Assembly (NCBI GenBank): GCA_027923505.1
Contig: BROI01000027.1
Location: 310,001-374,000, forward strand
DNA length: 64,000 nt
Direction of reading: 5' to 3'
Origin: Mayamaea pseudoterrestris
Taxonomy: Eukaryota
The notes beneath the pieces were generated by a model, which did not search any database, had not been told where the DNA came from, and was given only the letters and a program-made list of their open reading frames with translations. The position numbers and the translations under genes are program-made. Shown here one piece after another: positions 44,731-55,630 of the stretch. Numbering within the stretch: the first letter of the stretch is position 1; each line of letters opens with the position of its first letter.

Positions 44731-45240
44731 CCCCACACTTTCACCTACGAACTGCACGGGCAGCGCTTGGACTACACATGCAAGTCCTTTGACAATGGTA
44801 GCAGCTTCATCATCGGCGGCAAGTATTCTTCACCGGTTGGCAGCTTTTGGAGGTGTTCCATTTCCGTCCATGTAGCTGTAACGTAAGATTAACAGTAAGA
44901 TATAATCCTCCAGCATATTTGCTTTGCTCATTACTTGCACCGCTATATGATCCGTGTAATCAAAGGGCTCATAATGGATTCCTGTCAGGCCTTGACGGCA
45001 GCAGCCATTGAAAATGATTCTCTCAGTTCATAGTAAGAAATGATTAGACAAGAGGCCTCTCGTCAAAAGACAAGTAAAGTGACAAAGTTGAGCACCAGAG
45101 CTTTAGCTAGGACAACAGAGGCAGACTGACGCTGTTCTTAAGAAGCTACGCAAAGGCTTTTGCATAATTCAAACCAGGATATCCGTCTACGTAGTTCAGG
45201 TTGCTCTTTTGTATTGTTGCTATTCTATGCCATTGCATCT

Positions 45241-46263
45241 CTATTCTGGCCGATGAGTGAAGCGGGGCAAGTTACCCCCGCGAGCTTGCAGCTCACACCC
45301 TTCCGACTCTTCACCGTCCGCCTTTTCGCCGTCCGCGTCTTCACCGTCCGCCTCTTCACCATGCAGCTCCTCGCCATGCAGCTCCACGCCAGCTGCCTCT
45401 TCATCCATCTCTTCGGCATCCGTCTCTTCATCTAACACTTTGCCATCCGACTCTTCATCCAACTTTTTGTCCGATTCTTCATCCGATTTTTTGTCCGACT
45501 CTTCGTCCGACTCTTTATCCCCCTCTGTGCCATCCGACTCTTCGCCATCCGACTCTTCGCCATCCGCCTCTTCGCTGTCCACCTCTGCACCATCCGACTC
45601 TTCACCATCCGCCTCTTCGCCATCCGCCTCTTTGCCGTCCACCTCTTCGCTGTCCGCATCTTCGCCATCCACCTCTTCGCCATCCGCCTCTTTGCCATCC
45701 GCCTCTTGGTCATCCGTCAATTCACCTTGCTCATCCATCTCCTCCTCACTGTCAAAAGAGACATAATTGGCAGTGCCATCCTCCTCCTCTACATTGTCAT
45801 GGAGCTCATTGTCAAGCTCATTGTCGAGCTCATCGTCGAGTTCACTGTCATTGTCACCAGCCTCCTCCTCATCCAACTGGTGCACAGCAGAGAGGTCATT
45901 TGCGTCATCCAGGTACATTCCAAGCGACAAGGAATTGTTCACCTGGCGGCGCCATTGACGATGTTGATTAGTCCACCAATTTCCTTGCGCCAGGCTAGAG
46001 GGAGCGACGCAGTTCAAGTGATCCAAGGCACGCTGTTGCTTGCTGCATAGCTGCTTCCACATGTTGCACTCCACCAGTGTGTTACTGAGCTCCCTCAACA
46101 TGTTGTTGAGCTGCTGTTGCAGAACGATGAGCTGCTGTCGCTGGACGACGACATCCTGTCGCAAGGCGACAAGCTCCACCTCCATCTCATCTACTTCATT
46201 ATCAAAAAAAGAAACTGCAACTGCAGGAGCTGCATCAAAAGGAGGATTGTGATCCATATTCAT
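45241..46263 (-). CDS. Coiled-coil plus highly acidic (EADGE/ESDGE repeat) hypothetical protein
   Basis: 340-aa ORF with 15-bp coding repeats; paralog at 62150-63487. Confidence 0.55.
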   Translation of the reverse strand: MNMDHNPPFDAAPAVAVSFFDNEVDEMEVELVALRQDVVVQRQQLIVLQQQLNNMLRELSNTLVECNMWKQLCSKQQRALDHLNCVAPSSLAQGNWWTNQHRQWRRQVNNSLSLGMYLDDANDLSAVHQLDEEEAGDNDSELDDELDNELDNELHDNVEEEDGTANYVSFDSEEEMDEQGELTDDQEADGKEADGEEVDGEDADSEEVDGKEADGEEADGEESDGAEVDSEEADGEESDGEESDGTEGDKESDEESDKKSDEESDKKLDEESDGKVLDEETDAEEMDEEAAGVELHGEELHGEEADGEDADGEKADGEESEGCELQARGGNLPRFTHRPE

Positions 46264-46469
46264 GCTTGATGTTTAGAATGGGGATGGCAATTGAAGGTGA
46301 TGGATCCGTTTGAGCGAGAATGACAAGGCCAGCAAAGCTGCGGCAGTGTCACAGTGGTTTTGATCTTTGTCATTGCTTGGCGTTGCTTGCGTGGCTGGAA
46401 CATGAAATTGCATCACAAATACATAAGCCTTTTGTTTAAATTCTCACACATGTTGCTGGCGTACAAAAG

Positions 46470-46730
46470 CCTTCTGGGATGGAACACTTTGATGGCCGTT
46501 GCAAGCTGCTATGCAGCAATGACAAAGAGTCACAAATACATAAGCCACTTGGATGGAACGCTTTGATGGCCCGTCGCAAGCTGCTACGCAGCAATGACAA
46601 AGAGTCACAAATATATATGCCACTTGGATGGAAGGCTTTGATGGCTCAGCTGCATCCATGAATGGCATCATGATTAGATAAGCCTTGCGTCATAGTTAAA
46701 TAAGCCACCTGGATGGAACGTGCTCGCGTG
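46470..46730. repeat. Degenerate ~76-bp tandem repeat (inverted copy at about 61690-61950)
   Basis: gcaagctgcta(t/c)gcagcaatgacaaagagtcacaaata...ccacttggatggaa..ctttgatggc is repeated. Confidence 0.8.
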
Positions 46731-46929
46731 CGCATTGATGGCCCGTCTCCAGCCATGACAATGACCGACGTGAGACGTGAGACCAAGCCTCCTCCATTTG
46801 GCTTCATTCTCAAGTCAAGAGACTTCAATAGCTGCAGATTCAACAGCAGCAGTGCATTTACATATTGTAAATTGCAAACAAGGAAGCAAGCAAGCAAGCA
46901 AGCAAGCAAGGCAGAAACGAGAAACAATC

Positions 46930-47331
46930 ATGCCTCCGTATGGTCCCCCAATTTTTTTGTTTGAACGAATCATGCCTCCGTATGGTCCCCCAATTTTTTT
47001 GTTTGAACGTTCTCTTCGACTATTCATGGTGAATCCAAATACTCTAAACGGCCGTCTCAAAAAGTGGGCAGCTATCCAACACCTAGCGTTTATCGATGCG
47101 AAACTTAAGTTTGATCGCGTGGAAATGTTGGAGGATGCAGGCTTTGATTGGTTTCCTCCTGGAAAGCAGCAAGAAGATCAGGCTCACTGGCAGATGGTCC
47201 TTCATGAAGTGATTCAATACCAGCATAAGTACCCCAACAAGCATTTAAACCCGCTTGATGGCACTCGGGTCTATTCTTGGTTGTTTTGGTTGCGCTACAA
47301 ATACCAGAAAGGGACATTGAGCCAGACGTGA
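46930..47331 (+). pseudogene. Helicase-associated (HA) domain protein, probably truncated by a premature stop
   Basis: LKKWAAIQH...KLKFDRVEMLEDAGFDW...W...VYSWLFWLRYKYQKGTLS fits HA-domain repeats; 42-bp duplication at the start; Gln/Pro-rich hydrophobic-tail sequence continues to 47628. Confidence 0.6.
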
Positions 47332-47939
47332 GTAGCGGATTTGATTTGATTCAAAATCACCGGCACACTTTACCACATGGTTTGCAGCAGCCACTGCTGC
47401 CACCCCATCCACATAATCTGCCGCAGCAGGTTTTGCAGGCGCCGCAGCTCAGGTTTTGCAGCAGCACCCGCCACGCTGGTGCAGCAAGCCATGGGAGTCA
47501 ACAACATGGTAAATCCACATCAGCCAGCGCTAGTCCTTCATAATTTGCAGCCAGTTGCTTTTTTCAGTGCGGCCACTGTCATTGCTTGGGCGATTTTTGC
47601 AATCATTGCTTTGGCGTTTCACATGTAGGGATAAGCAAGCCAGGGGCCTGCAGTCAACTTTTAACTCGCATGCACAGGCAGGTACATGTGTACGTCCACT
47701 GGACAAGAGTTTCATGTATAGCAATACATAGTGAACCTGAGTTGTCAACACAGTAATTTACCTTGATGTTTTATATTTGTATCAACTCTTATAGTATTTT
47801 GTTTGTGGGTGCGCATGTATTTTATCATGTAGACTTGGAAATGGTGTTGGCACGAGTCATCATGGTTCACTTTTAACCATCATTGCGTTGCTAGCAGGAA
47901 CACATAAAATTGGCAAAGGAGTGACCCTGGCCCCAGATT

Positions 47940-48377
47940 GGTGGCTTAATGAGGATTGGCTGTGATGGCATGGACAACTCGGCCATTTTGATGAAGGTTT
48001 TCTTTGCCAACAAAATACTACAAGGCTTGGTAGTGGAAGCAGCCAGCATTGCCTTGCTTTGGCAACTGTTGCCTTTCGCCATTCCATTCATCTTGTCATC
48101 GCTGCTGCTACCATTACTACTCGAAACCAGACGCGGCTGGAGGAGCGCCGCCGCATACCCATGCAGTGACTTGCGGCACGAAAAGTCCACATTTGCATGC
48201 TTGCCATTGCAGCCGCATAGTCATTGTGATGAACCATTGGCAGTGCGGCTGGATCCAACACCGTCGGCGCCAATGCTTGCAACCTTGCTTTCACGTACTG
48301 TTTGGCCAAGGTGCACTGGCACAGCTGCATCATGACTGTCATGAGCTCCTCGCGGAAAATGTATCCAGCACAATGTA
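47940..48377 (-). pseudogene. Inverted, internally deleted copy of the LARP4-like 3' exon
   Basis: YIVLDTFSAEELMTVMMQLCQCTLAKQYVKARLQA-like sequence and GYAAALLQPR match 60098-60881; the copy begins mid-intron. Confidence 0.6.
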
Positions 48378-48699
48378 CCTGCGGGTAAGAGTAACAAGAG
48401 AAAATTGATGAGATTGAGTGTTATGTACACAATTCAAGATTTCTTCTTGATCAGCAATGCTACTGTGCCAAAATTGGCTACATTCTGCTGCCACTGCACC
48501 GTTGGCTTATTAAAAGTTCCAAAAGCCATAAAGAGAGGTTAAGCAACCACTAATTCCTACTCACAAGGCGTTGAGCAACCACTACCAGTGCCTCTTCACT
48601 GGGTCTCACAATATAACCAACCCAATGTATTGAACCATCAATTATCTGCACAACATTTGGTGAGTGGCCAGCAAGCAACTGTGGCTGATGATACTAATC

Positions 48700-49460
48700 T
48701 TACCATCATGCCAATCTGAGCCAGCAGTTTTTTTGACTTGCAAATATCCATATATCACCCATGTATGTGCCCAAGTAACATTAGAATGGTGCCAGCATTA
48801 TAAATCAGTTTTGTGTTACAAGATGGTGTGTGCCTGGTTGTTGTCTCCGTGTACTGGAATGTGACTGGTGAGAACGTCTCACCAGTCTAAGCTAGCTGCT
48901 GATGGAGTTGTCACTGATCACATGCGGTCTACCGAGGGACCAGCAAGTCATCATTTCTTGTAGCGTACCTGAAATAGGGATGTTAGATCCACTATAGCTT
49001 GATCTGGGCATACACATGGCTCTAGGTATAGGACTTTGAAAACTTTTGCAAAATGCCCCATGTATGCCCAAATCAAGCCAGAATGGTGCAAGCATCTTAT
49101 TTAAGGTGCGCTTCAGGATACGTTGATTGGCTGATATTTCGGTGACTGCAATATGATTGGTGATAACTTGTCACCAGTCTTAGCCAGCAGCTGCCATGCC
49201 TTTCAAATGCCTGTTTCTAGAGCCATGTGGATGCCCAACTTAAGCCAGATTGGTGAATTACATACGTAAGGTCAGCTTCAAAAAAAAATATACTGGTTGC
49301 TGTGGCCCTGGCTGGTCCCTCGGTTGACTGCAATGTGCCTAGTAAGAATCACACCAGTCTCAGCCTGCAGATGCCGTATCTTTAAAATATCCAAACCTTG
49401 AGCCATGTGTTGCCTAAATCAAGCCAGAATGGTGCAAATATCCTTAAAGCAGGTTTGCTA
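48700..49460. repeat. Degenerate satellite-like repeat, about 4 units
   Basis: Recurring motifs ccatgt...gccca...aagccagaatggtgca and gactgcaat.tga.tggtga...tcaccagtct.agc. Confidence 0.6.
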
Positions 49461-49863
49461 AGAGAAAGAACGCGACTTCAATAAGATCGTATGCCCGTTA
49501 TAAATATCGTTTACTTGTGAGGGTTAATGTATGTGACATGTTTAAAAGTTGATATAAATAGTTACGCAACATGATTGCAGACAATTGTCTTGTTCACGAA
49601 AAAACTCACGTTGCCTTGAAGGATAGCATCTCAGCCTTATTTCGGGCAAATTTTATCGTATATCATGCCATTACTACACCCAAATCACAGCAGTCTGTTG
49701 CTTAATCATTGGATGCTGCGCTACTAAATGAACTGCCTGACTGATTTCTCCAAAGTATCGTCATCATTATACATGGTGCCCCTGACGATTAATAATAATG
49801 AAGGAGATGCTTAAATATAGATTGATTTATTTTTTAATCCTAAACAAAAGTTGCAATAAATGT

Positions 49864-49985
49864 TAATGGATCTTGAACTTAAACTTTCTTGAAAAATATA
49901 TATAGCTGTCAAAACGAATTACATATAATGGATCGTGAACTTATACTTTCTTAAAAAATATATATAGCTGTCAAAACGAATTAGA
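49864..49985. repeat. ~62-bp tandem duplication inside an AT-rich island (about 49480-50070)
   Basis: taatggatc.tgaactta.actttctt.aaaaatatatatagctgtcaaaacgaatt occurs twice. Confidence 0.85.
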
Positions 49986-50755
49986 TAGAAAATAGTAACA
50001 TAAGAAAATCAAATACTTCTAGTAGGCACTGCAACTGGTTTATTACAGTACTACAAAATAATTCTGGCTAGTTAGCCTAAGCTCAGTGCGTCACCTCACA
50101 CAGTGCTTGTATCCTTTCCAGCGCTCTCCATCAAGTGACTTAAGCAGAAAGCCCAGCGAGTCACTTCCCACGAAGTGAAGCACTTTCCTCGGCACTCGCG
50201 TCATTGCGACATTATAACTTGACTGCAAGAAAGCTTAGCTGAAGAATGATTCAGACCGTAGGAGGTGATGAACAGGCCAACCATTTACAGCGTCTTCAAA
50301 TGAGTCACCCAATATCGGGCGGACCGACTCTTGTTCTAACACTGTAAAGATGAAGATCAAAAAGTGATTTTAATCCATGTAATGTTAACTGAAGTTTCAA
50401 GAACACATCAATCCAGACTGCCTGTAGGCATTGTTTGATCAACCAACACCCGCCTCTTGCGGTCGAAGCAATCGCAAACCATGGTCCTCAGAACATTGAA
50501 GGCATCCTCATCTCATTGTTATCCACCTTGTCGACGTGGAAGGATCAAATCGGCAAGCACTTTCCTACCGACAAGCTCCACCGGTAGTGTTACCCCTTCA
50601 TTCAACTGCGTTGGTGGGGATTGTACGTCTCCAAATCGGACTCGGAGCCGACGCAGGATGGAAAGGAATTTCTACAGTCTTTTCCTCTAGCGCCAGTCAT
50701 TGAATTAATGCGCGACGTTCCAGTTGATGTCATGATGGATCACATAGAGAAAGCC

Positions 50756-50925
50756 AAGCCTGCGGGGATCGCGCTGTCCACCCTCTCGCCGTCGCCAAAG
50801 CCGTCGCAGGAGGAACATACTCATGGAAGCAAACAAGCCTGCGGGGATCGCGCAGTCCACCCTCTCGCCGTCGCCGAAGCCGTCTTAGGTGGAACAAGCT
50901 CTCATGGAAGCAAACAAGCCTGCGG
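50756..50925. repeat. ~80-bp tandem duplication
   Basis: aagcctgcggggatcgcgc.gtccaccctctcgccgtcgcc.aagccgtc...ctcatggaagcaaac occurs twice. Confidence 0.85.
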
Positions 50926-51418
50926 CAATTGAAGCGAGTGCGACGTCATTGCAAGAAAACCAAACAAAGCCTAAAAAAACTGGCTCTCTTACTACTTGGA
51001 ACCGATTGGCAACCAACGGGATCTGGGTCCGCTCTACCACAAATTCCGATACATGCGTGCTTTCCAAGATGATAATTACAAGGACTGCTTAAGTGAGCTG
51101 TATTTATGGCCATTGATGCCGATAGCCCTCATTAGCAACAAGCTTGGCAAGCTGCATGTTTCCTTTGCTCACCACTTTGCCTTTCCAAAAAAAGTTATTC
51201 CAAACCTCATTTAGCAGGAGAGGTGTTTGCTTTCCTTGGTCACAAGGATCCCGCTCTCATCTCACTTACTGGGAAACATTGGAGCTCTTGACCGACTCAA
51301 GCAATCCAATAAGTCACTAGTCATCCAAAAGCTTTTTGTTCTTTGCGTTTGCTTCGAACCGCGTTCTTTCAATCGTTCCTTACTCTCTCTCCTCTCCTTT
51401 CCTGATCTTGCTCGCATC

Positions 51419-53160
51419 ATGCCTGTCGTCAGTCCCCCTGCTCTCGCCTCGTTCTCGGGGTCTCCTACGGTCGACTTCTTGTTGCCGGAGGAATCACCTC
51501 TTGACGATACGTGGTTGGGAATGCAGGCGCCTACCAAAGTGGACCGAGCGGCGGGGATGTTGCTCCAAACGGATGGAGACAGCGGCTTGACCAGTGAGGA
51601 GAAGGCGTTGTAGGTGCACCGTGCCATGTCCAAGATTACCTTGTTCGACACTGATTACTCCAAGGAAGACAAGTCGACTTTCGACTACCGTAGCGGCAGT
51701 AACAGTTTCCAAGCGATGGGAAATTCAGCGATTCGTGGCGTCCTTTACCTCACCATTTTCAAAGTTCCAGGCGTCGGAAAAGTTGGTCCATTTCTCATGG
51801 CGGCAGCGTTCCCTTCCGGTCCACTTGGCGACGACAGTTTCATCTTACCCAAGGCGACAGGAGAAGCGAAAGCAAGTTCGAGCGACAGTCATTCGACAAA
51901 CTATCATTCGACTGGTTCGGTTCCTCAAGACGACAGTGCCCCGTTTGCGTGGCTCCCTGGAAACATTGTGACGCATTCGATCATTAAACCAGTTCTTCTC
52001 TCGATTCGTCGCAACACTCGGGCTCCTATGGAGACTGACATTGGCTCCTGGTGGGACCAGTGCTACAATTCGATGATTTTCATTCCGCGTGGAAACAAGC
52101 TCACGCACCCAGTTTCTATGGTGTGCAGTTCGACGGACATTCCCGAGGCCGATTCGCCATTTCTCAGGTTCTTCGCCGGCGACGAAACGAATATTCCCTA
52201 CCCGACATTCGAAAACCAAGTGGTTGATCCTCCTGTCAGCGTCCTGGCGACATTAGCCATGGAAAATCATGCCATGTGCACCCAACCTCAAGGTTTCATT
52301 CTCCCGACTGGTCATTGTTTCCCTTTGGGCATTCCCTTGGACGTTGGCAAGTGCGCCACCGTGGCTGAGCTTAAACTCCATCTTGCCGACTTCACGGGCT
52401 ACGACGTCGACACGTACAACTGGCTCGACTCAATTTCAACTTTGCCAGTGTGGCTCCGCGCCTGCAACATGGAGCCAATTAAGATGGCTATCGATTCCTT
52501 TTTCCTGTTTGATGTCAAAGAAACTTTTCTCCAGCTCGCGGCGCAAGACGACCACTGTGCCGAACGTACTTTTCTCTATTTGGAGATTACCATTCGCGCC
52601 AAGACAGTCATGGATCATGTTTCCAATTCATTTGGTTCAGACAAGAAGGCTTGGACAGAGAAGCTGCCGCACTTTCTGTCACTCTCACTCCAGGCGGTAA
52701 ATGGCACTCCACTTTTATCCGATTACCACCGCCATCATTCCCTGGATTGCCCCGTCATTTTTGCGTTGTGCAACCCAAAGACCGCAGGATGGCGCAGCAA
52801 ATTTCACATTCCGTTCCTCAAGAGCGGCATTCCAACATTTCTTGAAGCGTTTAAAGTCCTCCAGTTGCCAGGCCAGCGTGACAATGTTCCAGACTCTCTA
52901 CATATTTTCTCCAAGGATGAACATGCGGGAGCCAAAAGTCCTCAGTCGAAAGACAAAGCAACCGCTCCAGTGGACGCGAGTGCAATTCTTAACAATCTGT
53001 TCGGCGACCAGTTCAAAACAGTTTCTTCTCCTGCGCATGTCCACCAAGATCCATTCAAAGAACCTCCCAAGAAACGGCTCCATTCTTCCAATCACAAGGC
53101 CGATACCGTCTCCTCACGCTCCCGTGGCAACGACATCTCAATTGGAACAACTATCGAATG
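51419..53160 (+). pseudogene. Large hypothetical ORF (possibly retroelement ORF1-like), with premature stop and 3' truncation
   Basis: Frame opens at ATG 51419 (MPVVSPP), has an in-frame TAG at 51611-51613, then 560 open codons that run into the LARP-like fragment. No recognisable family motif. Confidence 0.4.
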
Positions 53161-53444
53161 TTTGGAACGCGCGACGGCGAGCCACTGCCGGACCACGAAC
53201 TCGTTTTTCAGCCAATGTCCACTCTTGCGGCCGCTTCATCATCGTCGCCATCATCCAGCAGTGCTACTCCAACGCTGGCTGGCGCAAATACATTGATTCT
53301 GCACGACGTGGATCCGTCCGTCATGGGGGTTGCCGGAAAGTGAATCACGTGTCACAAGATAAACTTGAGTTACTGCTGGCATATTGTAAATTAAAGAAGA
53401 TAGTTAACATATACAAACTATCAGTGTTTAGATTAAAAACATCT

Positions 53445-54601
53445 TTACAGTAAGCGCAGCCAACCAGAGCTGCCCAAGAACGCAAAATAAATTGACAGAG
53501 CAAGTATAAAAGCTGCAGCAGCCAAATTCAACACTTGTTCAATTGCAAAACCAACTCCTCTTGGAGCTGCTCGCGCAACTTCATCTCCTTGCACTGGAGG
53601 TGGCAGTGGCTGGTTGTACGGCTGGACAACCCGCACTGTTGGAGCTCTTGGCGTCTTGTACCCAGTTCGTGGCAGCTGGAGGCGTACTTTGATGCAGCGG
53701 AAAGTGCTTCCGTTATTAGTTGGCAAAACTACAATCTCAACGGCTCCTTCTGCCAATGGCTCCACCTTGCGTCCAAGGTCAATGTAGTCGCTGCTGCCGA
53801 CATAGACCGATTCCTTGTTGGTGGCCCGAACTTGTTGCACAGCACGCTGGAAAGCAGCCGTCTCCGCGGAACTCAATGCACAAGGCCCAAAGGATTCATC
53901 TGCAACGCGTTGGGCATCAAAAAACTCATTAGGCACGCGCTGCAAAACAAGCAATGAGCGATGATCCTTGGAAAGCTGAACTTGTATGTGCTTGGGTTCA
54001 ATGCCAGAGTTGGCAAGCAGCCGAACGGTCATTTCTTCGTCTCCTTTCTCATTAGTGAAAGGGCCACAAATGAGCTTGTAGAAGGTTCCATTGGTGCATG
54101 CTGCTTGCTTGTGGGAAGGCTTGTAATGAGACATGATGGTACTACCAAGAATGCTGTTGATTTCTTGGCTGTCGATTTCTTCAAAGGGCATCAATTCTTC
54201 CGTCGGGTCGCTAGCCAAGGTGTACGACTCGTCTTCTGACTCGTCTGCAGAAATGGAGAAAGTAATATGAGTGAGTGCTTGAAAATGACACTTTGATGTT
54301 CCGCAAGTCGCGACTTACCTGGCGCACTTGGTTGAAGGTGGCCTGGAGGCAGAACTGGAGGCGGCAAAGGTTGACGACGACCTCCTTGAGCTTGCTTGTT
54401 TGCAAGGTATTCTTGAGCAGTGCGTCGATAGTTGTTGAGCCAGTTCCGTTTCTTCACTTGGCCAAAAAGACGTTGGTGGAGACGGTAGATATTGTGAATG
54501 TAGAGCACGTCGTCAATTTTGTGTGGGTCAGCTTCGTTACGATCAAACAAGGCACAGAGATTGGCTCCCTCAACTTTGGACTGCCAGCGTCCATCAGCCA
54601 T
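53445..54601 (-). CDS. Transposon A accessory protein (exons 54601-54319, 54244-53445): helical N-domain, acidic linker, putative HSP20-like domain, C-terminal TM
   Basis: GT-AG intron restores a 360-aa frame; paralog of 55631-56809; tail VLNLAAAAFILALSIYFAFLG. Confidence 0.8.
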
Positions 54602-54827
54602 GTCAAGCTCCAATGTATGGAATCAAGCTGCTTTTTTATGATTGCAATGAGAGTGGTCGTGTGTCTGTCGTGTTGGTCGCTTCTCGTAGGTCGTGGTGGT
54701 CGTTTCTCCTCGCTGGTTGTTTCGTGGAACGGACGAGAAGCAGTTCAACGTGCACCGTCCAATGAACTGTAAGCCTGACGATTGACATTCATTCTATATA
54801 TGCCTAATGAGTCATTTTCATTCATAT

Positions 54828-55167
54828 GATGACGCAATAGGGCATATGCCGACAGGTGGCGGCATATGTATCCATCTGAAGGCATATGTCGACACCTGTC
54901 GACACATGGTGACCTCACAGTCTTCCATATTTCAATCGAGTCGCACGCAAGCTACAGATAACTGTCTGGAATAAAAATTATACCATCTGATAGAGCTTTA
55001 TTTAAGGATTCTAAATAATATAGTAGCTTCTCTATAACTACAGTATTTATTCCTGTAGAGGTCCTTGAATATTGACACTTTTTACCCTCATGTCGCATAT
55101 GTCGACACATGGCGACATATGCCAACGGGTGTCGTCGTATGGAGGCTTAAGTTGACATTACGTCATT
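54828..55167. promoter_or_regulatory. Inverted-repeat-flanked core between the divergent genes of element A
   Basis: CATATGTC-rich arms (about 54880-54913 versus 55089-55125) flank a ~170-bp core containing atctgatagagct. Confidence 0.65.
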
Positions 55168-55630
55168 ATTGCCCAAAAGTGTCAAAGTTGGCGATAGTAT
55201 TAATGTCTGCTCGATTGTGTACTGAATTGGTAATGAAAAGAAGTCAAAATCGGAAAAAATGACTTTTTGTGACCATTGATATGCAGTGCGATGCGAGGTG
55301 AGGCGAGCGAAATCGATCAATTCTCTTCGTCACGTCGTCGTCGTCGTCGTCGTCATGCTGACCATCATGCCACCAACAAAACCTCCATGCATACAAGCAA
55401 TAGTCAAGCTTATTAAATCCAAAGCTGCTAATGCACAGCTAGATGAGAGTCCCTTCAGAACATTTTGTTGACATTGGCAATGAAATAATGTCGCGTCATG
55501 GTGTCACTGGCCAGACGGGGATGCCGGAACATGAAGCAGGTGCTGCAAATAGACCATATTATTGTTATAGAGATAGCTAATTACATACAATCTATCTCAA
55601 CAATGTTTGAATGCGACATTGATTGTTTTT

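Larger units (their letters stand above)
45287..48431. repeat. Left arm of a ~3.2-kb diverged inverted duplication (right arm 60041-63357)
   Basis: Reverse-complement matches throughout: acidic ORF, 76-bp repeats, MRPSLLHLASFSSQETS region, LARP-like exon. Confidence 0.9.
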
